A stretch of 64,000 nt of DNA, from positions 2,903,964 to 2,967,963 of the forward strand of contig OZ245842.1 of assembly GCA_965228895.1 (NCBI GenBank). Direction: 5' to 3'. Below, in pieces: positions 18,911 through 27,879 of the stretch. Below the pieces are notes generated by a model. That model had not been told where the DNA came from, did not search any database, and saw nothing but the letters and a program-made list of their open reading frames with translations. Positions within the stretch are counted from its first letter, which is position 1, and each line of letters starts with the position of its first letter. Made by a program: the position numbers and the translations under genes. Source of the stretch: Alphaproteobacteria bacterium. GTDB lineage: Bacteria > Pseudomonadota > Alphaproteobacteria > SP197.

Positions 18911-19096
18911 GACGATCGGTCTCCAAAAAGGCAAAAGGACGAATCACGGAACCCGGACACCCCTGGGGCGCCCGGCCGGTAATTCGCCTGATGGCCTTCA
19001 AGACCGACATCGCGTCGATATTCCTTGGTCCGTTCAAGACGCCACTTTATACGCCGAAATCGAAATTCCATCAATTCACCCAAAAGGCTGAACGTG

Positions 19097-19672
19097 ATGG
19101 CCGACACCGGCTTTAACCAAATCGATACCGATCGCCTGGTGATCCGCCGGTTCCGCCCGGACGATGCCTCAGCCTTCAGCGCCTATCGGTCAATCCCCGA
19201 GGTCGCACGTTATCAAAGCTGGGAGGCCCCCTACTCGCTCGCCGAGGCGCAGGTCTTCATGGACGAGATGGCGGCATGCCATCCGGACACGGAAGGCGAA
19301 TGGTTCCAGTTCGCGGTCGCGCTGTGTGATCAACCCGGTTTGATCGGCGACGTCGCCGTACTGGTACCCGATGGCGATCCCGGTTCCGTCGAGATCGGTT
19401 ACTCGCTGGATCCGGCGTTCGGCGGACGCGGTTATGCCGGCGAGGCGGTCGCCGCCATCGTGACCTATTACTTTGACGCGCGCGGCAAGCGCGAGGTGAT
19501 GGCGTGGACCGACACGCGCAACCTGCCCTCGATCGCCCTGGCCGAACGGCTTGGCTTTCGGCGCGACCCCGCCTCGCGCCAACACACCATGTTCAAGGGC
19601 GCGTGGTGCGACGAGGACCGCTACGTCATGACATCAGAGGATTGGGCGGCGCGTTCGAACGACTGCATATAG
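19097..19672 (+). CDS. GNAT-family N-acetyltransferase (RimJ/RimL-like)
   Basis: Start at ATG 19097. Acetyl-CoA-binding region ...GGRGYAGEAVAAIVTYYF... follows the RimL-like pattern. Confidence 0.8.
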   Translation: MADTGFNQIDTDRLVIRRFRPDDASAFSAYRSIPEVARYQSWEAPYSLAEAQVFMDEMAACHPDTEGEWFQFAVALCDQPGLIGDVAVLVPDGDPGSVEIGYSLDPAFGGRGYAGEAVAAIVTYYFDARGKREVMAWTDTRNLPSIALAERLGFRRDPASRQHTMFKGAWCDEDRYVMTSEDWAARSNDCI

Positions 19673-19731
19673 ACAATTGAAGAGGTCGTGCTCACGTGTG
19701 CGACGTATCGAATGCCCGATGGAGAAAGTGG

Positions 19732-20064
19732 ATGCAGCACGGCAAGGCAGACGATGGCCCGATCATGCGGCTGTTCGAGGTGCGGACCAAAGAAGGTTGT
19801 GCCGACAGATTGATTCAAAAATTCGCCACAACATCTGCCGACGTGGTGCGCAACGAACCAGGAAACGAGGGCTATTTCTTCGGGCGAGGCGTTCCTGGTG
19901 ACGGCAATGTCGTCGTGTTTGCCTCCATGTGGAAGGACCTGGACGCGATCAAAGACCGCTTCGGAGAGGATTGGCAGAAGTCATACCTGCCGCCAGGCTA
20001 CGAAGATCTGATCGAGGCGTGTTCCGTTCGCCACTTTGATTTGGCCTCGGGCTGGCACGTGTAG
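19732..20064 (+). CDS. ABM-like (dimeric alpha+beta barrel) protein, hypothetical
   Basis: ~110 aa from ATG 19732. The start is uncertain; ATG 19765 is an alternative. Confidence 0.5.
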   Translation: MQHGKADDGPIMRLFEVRTKEGCADRLIQKFATTSADVVRNEPGNEGYFFGRGVPGDGNVVVFASMWKDLDAIKDRFGEDWQKSYLPPGYEDLIEACSVRHFDLASGWHV

Positions 20065-20069
20065 GTTCT

Positions 20070-20183
20070 CGGTCCAGCTCAGCAGAATGTCCTCATAGGG
20101 ATAGGTCGACAGGCGCTGCTGGGCATTCTCGACCTGATCCGCCAACTGCTCGCCTTTAGTAAGCCCGCCATCGGCGGCGGGGT
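20070..20183 (-). pseudogene. Relic 3-prime fragment of a creatinase/M24-family gene (about 35 codons, stop lost)
   Basis: The minus-strand translation ...DGGLTKGEQLADQVENAQQRLSTYPYEDILLS aligns with the C-terminus of the M24 gene at 22691-23944 (...DGVEGVKLEEQVLMTENGLQRLSTYPYEDILLS). The segment 20077-20117 has 37 of 41 identical nucleotides to 22694-22734. The stop codon is TGG in place of TAG. Confidence 0.5.
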
Positions 20184-22637
20184 TCAGCAGCGTATGCGCG
20201 CGTTCTTGGGATCGTACATCGGTGTCAGAGAGGCACGCGCGTCGTAGACGCGGTCGGCCTGTTCGATGCGATAACTACCGGCATCGACAAAGTCCGCGGT
20301 GACACCGTCCTCACAGCGCAGATAGCCCATCGCGGCGCACCCGCCCAGTGTATGCGCATAGCCCGACGACAGCGTATAGCCGGCGCGCTCGCCGTTGCGC
20401 AGGATCGGCTCGTTGTGGGTCAGCATGGGTTCGGGGTCCTCGAGCAGGAACTGTACCAGACGTCGGCGCGGCACCCCGGCGTCGCGCTGTTCGAGCAGCG
20501 CCTCGCGGCCGATGAAACCGCCGGGCTTGTCCCAGGCGCAGGTAAAGGCAAGCCCGGCGTCGATCAGCGAATCCAGCGGCCCGATGTCGTGGGCCCATTC
20601 GCGATACGCCTTTTCGATGCGCAAGGTGTTGAGCGTGTGATAGCCGCAATGTTTAAGCCCATGCCCGGTACCCGCCTCGATCAGGCGGTCGTAGACCGGC
20701 AGCGCCATTTCGGTGGGCACATAGAGTTCCCAGCCGAGTTCGCCGGTATAGGAGATGCGGATCGCCATGGCGTTCTGGTAGCCGATTTCGACGGGCTGCA
20801 TGGTGGCGAAGGGAAATGCTTCGTTCGAATAATCCGCGCTCGAAATCTCGGAAAGAAGGGCGCGCGCGTTGGGGCCCTGCACGTTGAGCATGGCATAGGC
20901 GCCGGTGACGTCGGTCAGCACGCAGAACGCGTCTTCGCCGATGTTCTCGTGGATCCAGGCCTTCACGTGTGTCGCGGTGAACGCCGCCGTCACCACCATG
21001 AACGTATCGTCGGCAAGGCGTGTGATGGTGAGGTCGGCCTCGACGCCGCCGCGCGCGTTGAGGAATTGGGTGTAGGCCACCTCGCCGGCGGGCATCGCCA
21101 TGTCGGCGGTAGCAATCCGGTTCAGGACCTTTTCCGCGTCCCGACCCTGGACCAGAATCTTGGCGAACGACGACTGTTCGAACACACCAACCGCCTCGCG
21201 CACGGCGCGGTGCTCCTCCGCGTTGTTGTCGAACCAGTTCTGGCGGCCGAAGTCATACGCATAGGCCGGTTCCTGGCCCGGCCGTGCGAACCAGTTCGGC
21301 CGCTCCCAGCCGGCGCCGGCGCCGAAACAGGCGCCGGCCGCGGCCATGCGGTCGTGCAGGATGGAGCGTTTGACGTCGCGGCCGGTCTCCCACTGACGGT
21401 TCGGCCAGTGCATCTGGTAGGCGATGCCCAGCGATTCGACGATGCGATCGACAATAAAGGACTTGTTGTTCTCGGACGGCAGGATGCGGCGCACGTCGAC
21501 ATCCCAGATGTCATAGGGCTGCACACCGTCGTTGATCCAGTGCGACATCACGTAACCCGCGCCGCCGCCTGACAGGATGCCGAGCGAGTTGAAGCCGCAG
21601 GCGACGTAGAGATTGTCGATATAGGGCGCGCGGCCCATCAGATAGTTGTGGTCCGGGGTGAACGATTCGGGGCCGCAGAAGAACTGACGGATACCGGTTT
21701 CGAACAGGATCGGCAGACGCTGCATGCCGCGCTCGATATGCGGCTCCATGCGCTCCCAATCGGGCTGGATCTCGTCGAAACAGAAACTCTCAGGAATGCC
21801 GTCGACACCCCAGGGCGCGGCTGTCGGCTCGAACAGCCCGAGCATGAGTTTCCCCGCCTCCTCGCGCGCATAGATGCCGCGGCCGGGATCGCGCAGGATC
21901 GGCAGCATGTTGTGCAGACGCTCGATCGGCTCGGAGATCAGGTAGTAGTGCTCGGCCGCCTGCAGCGGAATGTCGATGCCGGCCATCAGGCCGACCTCGC
22001 GGCCCCACATGCCCGGACACAACACCACGACCTCGGCGCGCACGTCGCCCTTATCGGTATTGACGCCGACCGCGCGGCCGTTCTCCTTGATCAGGCCCGT
22101 GACCTTGGTGTCCTCGAAGATGCGCACGCCGCGCTGACGCGCGCCCTTGGCCAGCGCCTGCGCAACGTCGGCGGGATTGACCCGACCGTCCTCCGGGAAC
22201 CAGAAACCGCACACGAGGTCGTCGACTTGGGCGAGCGGAAACTTCTCCTTGATTTCCGCCGGCGAAATCTCGTGGTTCTCGACGTCAAACGTGCGCGCCA
22301 TCGCACAGCCGCGGCGCATTTCCTCGGCCTTGTCCTCGGTCATGGCAAGCTGGATCGAGCCGCATTTGATGAAGCCCGTCGCCTGCTCGGTTTCGGCCTC
22401 AAGCTCGCTGTAGAGTTTGAGCGAGTACTGCGCCAGCCGCGTCTGTGCCTCGGTATCGCGCAGGGTGGTGACCAGGCCGGCGGCATGCCAGGTGGTGCCG
22501 CTGCTCACCTGCTTGCGCTCAAGCAGGACGACGTCCTCCCAACCGAGCTTCGCCAGGTGATAGGCCACCGAACACCCGATGACACCGCCGCCGACAACGA
22601 CTGCGCGAGCGTTGGAGGGGATCGCGTCTGTGTTCAT
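20184..22637 (-). CDS. Dimethylglycine/sarcosine dehydrogenase-family enzyme (FAD DAO domain + GcvT aminomethyltransferase-like folate domain)
   Basis: Start at ATG 22637 with GAGAGAGG SD. N-terminal GGGVIGCSVAYHLAK FAD fold. The C-terminal GcvT-like region (~811 aa total) fits the architecture of mitochondrial DMGDH/SarDH and bacterial homologs. Confidence 0.9.
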   Translation of the reverse strand: MNTDAIPSNARAVVVGGGVIGCSVAYHLAKLGWEDVVLLERKQVSSGTTWHAAGLVTTLRDTEAQTRLAQYSLKLYSELEAETEQATGFIKCGSIQLAMTEDKAEEMRRGCAMARTFDVENHEISPAEIKEKFPLAQVDDLVCGFWFPEDGRVNPADVAQALAKGARQRGVRIFEDTKVTGLIKENGRAVGVNTDKGDVRAEVVVLCPGMWGREVGLMAGIDIPLQAAEHYYLISEPIERLHNMLPILRDPGRGIYAREEAGKLMLGLFEPTAAPWGVDGIPESFCFDEIQPDWERMEPHIERGMQRLPILFETGIRQFFCGPESFTPDHNYLMGRAPYIDNLYVACGFNSLGILSGGGAGYVMSHWINDGVQPYDIWDVDVRRILPSENNKSFIVDRIVESLGIAYQMHWPNRQWETGRDVKRSILHDRMAAAGACFGAGAGWERPNWFARPGQEPAYAYDFGRQNWFDNNAEEHRAVREAVGVFEQSSFAKILVQGRDAEKVLNRIATADMAMPAGEVAYTQFLNARGGVEADLTITRLADDTFMVVTAAFTATHVKAWIHENIGEDAFCVLTDVTGAYAMLNVQGPNARALLSEISSADYSNEAFPFATMQPVEIGYQNAMAIRISYTGELGWELYVPTEMALPVYDRLIEAGTGHGLKHCGYHTLNTLRIEKAYREWAHDIGPLDSLIDAGLAFTCAWDKPGGFIGREALLEQRDAGVPRRRLVQFLLEDPEPMLTHNEPILRNGERAGYTLSSGYAHTLGGCAAMGYLRCEDGVTADFVDAGSYRIEQADRVYDARASLTPMYDPKNARIRC

Positions 22638-22690
22638 GAAAGCCTCTCTCTCCGCGCGCCGCCTTGGCGAAGCGTTAACAGGACCACGTC

Positions 22691-23944
22691 CTAGCTCAAC
22701 AGGATGTCCTCGTAGGGATAGGTCGACAGACGCTGCAGGCCGTTCTCGGTCATCAACACCTGCTCCTCGAGCTTCACGCCTTCGACGCCGTCTTCGGCGC
22801 CGATATAGCTCTCGACGCAAATCGTCATGCCGGGATCGAACGAGAACGCCGAGCTCTCGGCCGCGTTGTCACTGAACGACACGTGCGGGTATTCATCGCA
22901 CAGGCCGACGCCATGGGCCAAGACGCCGTAGCGGCGCGCGTTGAACTCGTTGGGGACCTTCCAGGACTTCTCGGCGATCTCCACGAAGCTCATGCCCGGC
23001 CTCATGATATCCATGTTGTAGTGCACCTGGTCATAGGCGTAGCGGTAGAGGCGCTTTTGCTCGTCGCTCGGCTTGCCGGGACCGCAGAACCAGGTACGGC
23101 TGATATCCGAGCAATAGCCGAACGGGCCGATCAGGTCGGTATCGAAGGCAACGAGTTCGCCGGCGCGGATGATGCGGTCGCTGCATTCGCGGAACCACGG
23201 ATTGGTCCGACCGCCCGACGCCAGCAACCGAGTCTCGATCCATTCGCCGCCGCGCGCGATGTTGACCTGATGCAGATGCGACCACAGCTCGTTTTCGGTG
23301 ATGCCGGCATGCATTTCCTCATACATCTTGGCCATGCCGGCCTCGCAGACAGAGATCGCGATGGTCATGGCGGCGATCTCGTCGGGCGACTTGATGGCGC
23401 GGGCGAGCTCCATGACCTGCTGGCCGTTGTGGATCTCGTAGCCCAGCTTCTCGATTTCTCTCGCGCCCGCCGGGTCCAAATGGTCCGCGGCGATACGTTT
23501 GTTGCCCTCGCCCATGGTCTGGCGGATCGCGTCATCCATGTCCTGGGCCCAAAGATGCGCCTTCTCCGCATAACGTTCGTCGGCGCCGAAATAGGTCCAG
23601 CCGATGCACGGGCGGATCTCGCCGATGGTCTCCAGGTGTTCGGAAAGATGCATGGAGGCCTTGTATTCGAACAGGACGGTCGGCCCCTCGGCCGGCACGA
23701 AGCAATAACGGGCCTGGTTGTGCAGGATCCAGACCTGCATGTTGCTGGAGCCGTTGGCGTAACGCACGTTGATGGGGTCATAGAGAATGACTCCGGCCAG
23801 ATCGCGCTTCTTGAGCTGCTCCTGGACGCGCGCCAGGCGATAGGCGCGCATGCGCTTGATATCGATCTGCGGTTCGGCGTCATGCTGGGCGATGCCCGGG
23901 GTGTTGCGTCCCAGGCGGATCTCATCGAGGGGTACGTCGTTCAT
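22691..23944 (-). CDS. M24-family creatinase/Xaa-Pro aminopeptidase-like hydrolase
   Basis: Start at ATG 23944. Creatinase_N-like N-terminal domain plus a pita-bread C-terminal domain with metal-ligand pattern (D..D..H..E..E-like residues). Confidence 0.85.
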   Translation of the reverse strand: MNDVPLDEIRLGRNTPGIAQHDAEPQIDIKRMRAYRLARVQEQLKKRDLAGVILYDPINVRYANGSSNMQVWILHNQARYCFVPAEGPTVLFEYKASMHLSEHLETIGEIRPCIGWTYFGADERYAEKAHLWAQDMDDAIRQTMGEGNKRIAADHLDPAGAREIEKLGYEIHNGQQVMELARAIKSPDEIAAMTIAISVCEAGMAKMYEEMHAGITENELWSHLHQVNIARGGEWIETRLLASGGRTNPWFRECSDRIIRAGELVAFDTDLIGPFGYCSDISRTWFCGPGKPSDEQKRLYRYAYDQVHYNMDIMRPGMSFVEIAEKSWKVPNEFNARRYGVLAHGVGLCDEYPHVSFSDNAAESSAFSFDPGMTICVESYIGAEDGVEGVKLEEQVLMTENGLQRLSTYPYEDILLS

Positions 23945-24035
23945 GATGGCTCCCGGCGGCGGCCAACGGTCATGTTGGCGGCGCCCATGGGAATAGCGGA
24001 CCGGCCCGGGTGTCAATCGGGAACGGCAGGTGCGG

Positions 24036-24815
24036 TCAACTTTTTTGATCGCCGGCGGAACGAACAATGCCTTCGCGCATCAGATAATCGAAGATCGCCT
24101 CGGCAGCGTCATCGGCTTCCGGGTGATCGAGAAGTTCGGCCCGCCCCTGCACCATCTGCGTCGCGGCGCGCATACGCTCGGCTGCGTTGCCCTCGCCGAC
24201 GATCTTGAGCCGGCGCGGTTTCGGTTTGGCCGGCTGCCAACGACCGTCGAGCGCATAGGGCGTGCTCTGACAGGGCGTCGCCTCGATGATACCGCGGCGC
24301 GCCTGACCGAATGCGACGGGCACCGGTTCGGGCGCGGCCGGCGACACGGTGACGATGGCATTGCGCGGCGCGCTGACCTTGCGCCGGCGCCCGCCCGGCA
24401 GTCCCTGTGCAACGTGAACGTCGCCGCCGTCGAGCGTCAGATCGGCCGCGCCCGGCACCAGCGGACGGCCCGATCGTTCGGCAAGCAGGTAAGACACCAT
24501 GCCGCTCGCCTCGCCGCTTTCGGTGCGCTCGCCCGCCAGCACGAGGGCATCAGGGCGGGCCTCCAGATAGGCGAGCAAGGGTGGCACGATGTCGTCGTCG
24601 GCCGTAACCGTCAGCACATCCATTCGCGCCACGCCCATGCCCAGGTAGTCGCGCAAGGCCGGCTCAGCATCACGACCGACATGAACGAGATCGATTGCAG
24701 CGCCGCCCACGGAACGCGCCAGCCCCACGGCACGGGCATCGAGCGATGCGCGGCGTGGTCTGCCTGACACCGGATGACGGCCCAGCGAGACCAACACGAT
24801 CACGTCGGCGGTCAT
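24036..24815 (-). CDS. etfB: Electron transfer flavoprotein beta subunit
   Basis: EtfB/FixA-like pattern (VIVLVS...D..A). Its start overlaps the stop of etfA. Confidence 0.85.
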   Translation of the reverse strand: MTADVIVLVSLGRHPVSGRPRRASLDARAVGLARSVGGAAIDLVHVGRDAEPALRDYLGMGVARMDVLTVTADDDIVPPLLAYLEARPDALVLAGERTESGEASGMVSYLLAERSGRPLVPGAADLTLDGGDVHVAQGLPGGRRRKVSAPRNAIVTVSPAAPEPVPVAFGQARRGIIEATPCQSTPYALDGRWQPAKPKPRRLKIVGEGNAAERMRAATQMVQGRAELLDHPEADDAAEAIFDYLMREGIVRSAGDQKS

Positions 24816-25966
24816 GGCTTCTCGCCCCGCGCCCGGGCCGTCAGCGCCGGCATAACAAGCTGGGCGTCTTGGATGATCGCGAGGTCGGCGCGCTTAACCA
24901 TGTCGGCATGCAGGTCGGTGTTGATGGCAACGACGCGTTCACATCGTTCGATACCCTGCAGATGCTGCGGCGCGCCGGCGATGCCGAAGGCGAGATAGCA
25001 GCGTGGTTCGACCAGCGTGCCCGACGCGCCGACCTGACGGTCGCGCGGCAACTGACCGGTGTCACAGACCACGCGGCTGCCGCCTTCGACCGCACCGAGT
25101 GCGGCCGCGACATCGTGAAACGCCGCCCAGTCGGTCACGCCGTTACCGGCGGAAACGATGAAGTCAGCTTCGGCCAGCGCGACGGCGCTCGTGTCCAGCG
25201 GCATCGGCCCGCCGTCCTCGAGCCGTGGTGAGACCGCGACCTCCGGTGCATCAAGGCGGCGCGCTTCGTGCGCCGAGCCACGATGGGGTTCGTTCGACTC
25301 AGGCGTCATCAACATGACATCGACCAATTCGCGGACGATATCGCGGCGCCCGCCATCGGCGCGGCAAACGATGCCATCCGTCTCGATGGCGTAGACACTT
25401 GCCGCGACCTTGAGACCGCGCGCGGCGGCCAGGCGCCGCGCAACGTCGCCCGCACCGACCGGCGTGTCGGGCGCCAGAACGTGACGCGGACGCAGTTGCT
25501 TGACCAACGTGACGGCGAGCGCCGCCATCCGTTCGGGCTGATAGGATGACGTTGTGTCACCGCAGGCGACGACACGGTCGGCGCCCGCCGCGCCCAGTTC
25601 ATCGTGGCTCACCGGGACAAGCGCGATGACGCCGCCGCCGTCGCGGTCCGCGAGTCCACGTGCTGCGCCCAGCACGTCACGGTCGTGCGGCGACAGGCGG
25701 CCATCGGGCATATCGGCAAGGACCAGTATCCAGAAGGCCGAATCCTCGATGACCTCAATCGGCGTTGCGGTTTGGCCCGGCGTAACCTGCCCGTGGCTTG
25801 GCGCGGTGGCGGCAATCAGTCCGCGACGCACATCGCGTTCGGCGCGGGGATCGCGGCGCACCAACCGCCCTGGTTGGTCGATAACTGGCGACGCCGGCGC
25901 TTCCGGTTGTTCGCCACGGCGCGCGTTGCGCTCGGCGCGGGGATCGCGGCGTTTGCGCGTTGTCAT
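24812..25966 (-). CDS. etfA: Electron transfer flavoprotein alpha subunit with Arg-rich N-terminal extension
   Basis: C-terminal FAD-binding region (...AFGIAGAPQHLQGIERC...VAINTD...) is EtfA/FixB-like. Start at ATG 25966 overlaps the Fe-S protein stop (ATGA). The N-terminal ~55 aa are low-complexity and contain a duplicated RRDPRAER motif. Confidence 0.8.
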   Translation of the reverse strand: MTTRKRRDPRAERNARRGEQPEAPASPVIDQPGRLVRRDPRAERDVRRGLIAATAPSHGQVTPGQTATPIEVIEDSAFWILVLADMPDGRLSPHDRDVLGAARGLADRDGGGVIALVPVSHDELGAAGADRVVACGDTTSSYQPERMAALAVTLVKQLRPRHVLAPDTPVGAGDVARRLAAARGLKVAASVYAIETDGIVCRADGGRRDIVRELVDVMLMTPESNEPHRGSAHEARRLDAPEVAVSPRLEDGGPMPLDTSAVALAEADFIVSAGNGVTDWAAFHDVAAALGAVEGGSRVVCDTGQLPRDRQVGASGTLVEPRCYLAFGIAGAPQHLQGIERCERVVAINTDLHADMVKRADLAIIQDAQLVMPALTARARGEKP

Positions 25967-27879
25967 GGCTCGACCGCCTCCAGCATCAGTTCGGCGATAT
26001 CGACGACCTGGGGCCGTGGCTCGACGACGCCTTCCAGCATCTGCATGCAGTTGGGGCATGCGACCACCACCCTCTCGGCACCGGTCTCGCGTGCCTGATC
26101 CATGCGCAGGTCCGAGATCCGCGCCTTGCCGGGGATGTCGGTGACCGGCGCGCCGCCACCTCCACCGCAGCAGAACGAGCGCAGGCCCGACCGTTCCATT
26201 TCACGTCGCTCCAGACCGAGCGCATCGATCAGATCGCGCGGCGCGTCGATCTCTCCGTTGTAGCGGCCGAGATAGCAGGGATCGTGATAGGTGACCGTGC
26301 CCTCAATCGGGTGCACGACATCAAGTCGCTTGTCGGCGGTCAAGGTCGCCAGGAGCTGCGTGTGGTGCAGCACCTCATAGTGTCCGCCAAAGTCGGGGTA
26401 TTCGTTCTTCAGGCAGTGCAGCACGTGAGGATCGGCGGTCACGATCCGTTTCACGCCCCGACTTTCCAGCGTCGCGATGTTTTCTTTGGCCAGACGCTGG
26501 AACGTCGCCTCGTCGCCCAAACGCCGCGATAGATCACCACAGTCTTTTTCGGCATCGCCGAGCACCGCGACCTCGATGCCCGCGAGGCGCAACAGCTTGA
26601 CGAGCGCGCGTAGAGTCCGCTGATTGCGCCGGTCGTACCCGCCATCGCCCAGCCACAAGAGCCAGTCGTGATCGCTGGCCTCATGCGCGATCTGAAGCGA
26701 AAGGTCGCTCGCCCAATCCAAACGCTCACTGAGCGCCCGGCCACCGGGATTGTCGGCCAAGCGTGTCTCTTCCAGCACGTCCGGTCCGTGGCCCGGCACC
26801 CTGCCCTCTTCGAGTGTGAGGAACCGGCGCAGATCGACCATGGCGTCGACATGCTCGATCATCATGGGGCATTCATAGACGCACGCCCGGCAGGTGGTGC
26901 ACGCCCAGATCGTCTGCTCGGGCACCAGGTTGCCGGCGATCAGGCCGCCGGTACCGTGCCGGCGCGCGCCGAGCGCAATGCCTGGATAAGGCTGGCCCGT
27001 ATAGGTCACGTCGTTGGCGTTGCGGCTGGTGCCGGCAATCAGGTCCTGGACGAACTTCTTGGGCGTCAATGGCTGGCCCGCGGCAAACGCCGGGCACGCC
27101 GCTTCGCACCGGCCGCACGAGACGCAGGCATCGAAGCCGAGCAACTGGTTCCACGCGAACTCACCGATCGTGCCGACACCGAGCGGGCCCTTGTCCAGGT
27201 CGAGCGGCTTGAGCGCCGCATCCGGCGCCTTGCTCCTGAAGCGCGCCTGGCGCGGATGCCATGCCAGATGCAGCGCGCCAGCGATCGCGTGCCGCATGGG
27301 GCCATAGGGCCCGAGGGCAATCAGATCGAGCAGAATCCAGATTGCGACCAGCATGCCGATAAAGATGAGGAGATCGGGCTCCCACGCCTGATAGAGGTTC
27401 GCAACGTTGACCAGACCAAAAAACACGGCAAACGCCATCAACACGAATGGCAAGACACCCCAGCGCCCCCCGGACAATCGTGCCGGACGCTGGGGCCACC
27501 TTCGTGCCAATGCCAGGAGTGCACCAACGATCATCGCGGCAAGCGCCGCCAACAGGAGGTAGCGGGTTACATGCGTCGCCAGACCCAACAAATGAACGAT
27601 GGGAATGAGAATAAGCGCCGCAACAAACCCACCGGCCACCGGCACATGCAGACGGGCGGCCTGCTTGTCGCGCGAGACAACATGGTGAACGTCAATCAGG
27701 TAGCGCGCGGGGATCCTGAGCAGACTGCCGCCGCTCGCTATGTTACGGCCACGATACCACCGTCGCGAACGCGCAAAGATGGCAAGAAGGCAACCTGCAA
27801 TGGCCACCAGGAAGAAAATGCCCGGCCAATAAAGCAAGAAGTAAAAGGCCCACACAGATCCAAACGGTGGTTCAAGCAT
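25963..27879 (-). CDS. dgcB: Membrane-anchored Fe-S oxidoreductase with 4Fe-4S and CCG domains (DgcB-like)
   Basis: N-terminal TM helices. Ferredoxin-type CxxCxxCxxxCP motifs (CVSCGRCEAACP, CTTCRACVYECP). CCG motifs (CCGGGGG..., PCY...). Context with the OYE-type partner and etfAB matches the dimethylglycine demethylase system described in Pseudomonas. Confidence 0.85.
   Translation of the reverse strand: MLEPPFGSVWAFYFLLYWPGIFFLVAIAGCLLAIFARSRRWYRGRNIASGGSLLRIPARYLIDVHHVVSRDKQAARLHVPVAGGFVAALILIPIVHLLGLATHVTRYLLLAALAAMIVGALLALARRWPQRPARLSGGRWGVLPFVLMAFAVFFGLVNVANLYQAWEPDLLIFIGMLVAIWILLDLIALGPYGPMRHAIAGALHLAWHPRQARFRSKAPDAALKPLDLDKGPLGVGTIGEFAWNQLLGFDACVSCGRCEAACPAFAAGQPLTPKKFVQDLIAGTSRNANDVTYTGQPYPGIALGARRHGTGGLIAGNLVPEQTIWACTTCRACVYECPMMIEHVDAMVDLRRFLTLEEGRVPGHGPDVLEETRLADNPGGRALSERLDWASDLSLQIAHEASDHDWLLWLGDGGYDRRNQRTLRALVKLLRLAGIEVAVLGDAEKDCGDLSRRLGDEATFQRLAKENIATLESRGVKRIVTADPHVLHCLKNEYPDFGGHYEVLHHTQLLATLTADKRLDVVHPIEGTVTYHDPCYLGRYNGEIDAPRDLIDALGLERREMERSGLRSFCCGGGGGAPVTDIPGKARISDLRMDQARETGAERVVVACPNCMQMLEGVVEPRPQVVDIAELMLEAVEP

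Noticed and set aside
20352-21572. 406-aa plus-strand ORF inside the DMGDH-family gene
   Set aside because: Shadow ORF on the opposite strand of a strongly supported gene with a low-complexity translation.
22883-24208. 441-aa plus-strand ORF antisense to the M24 and etfB genes
   Set aside because: Shadow ORF on the opposite strand of strongly supported genes with a low-complexity translation.
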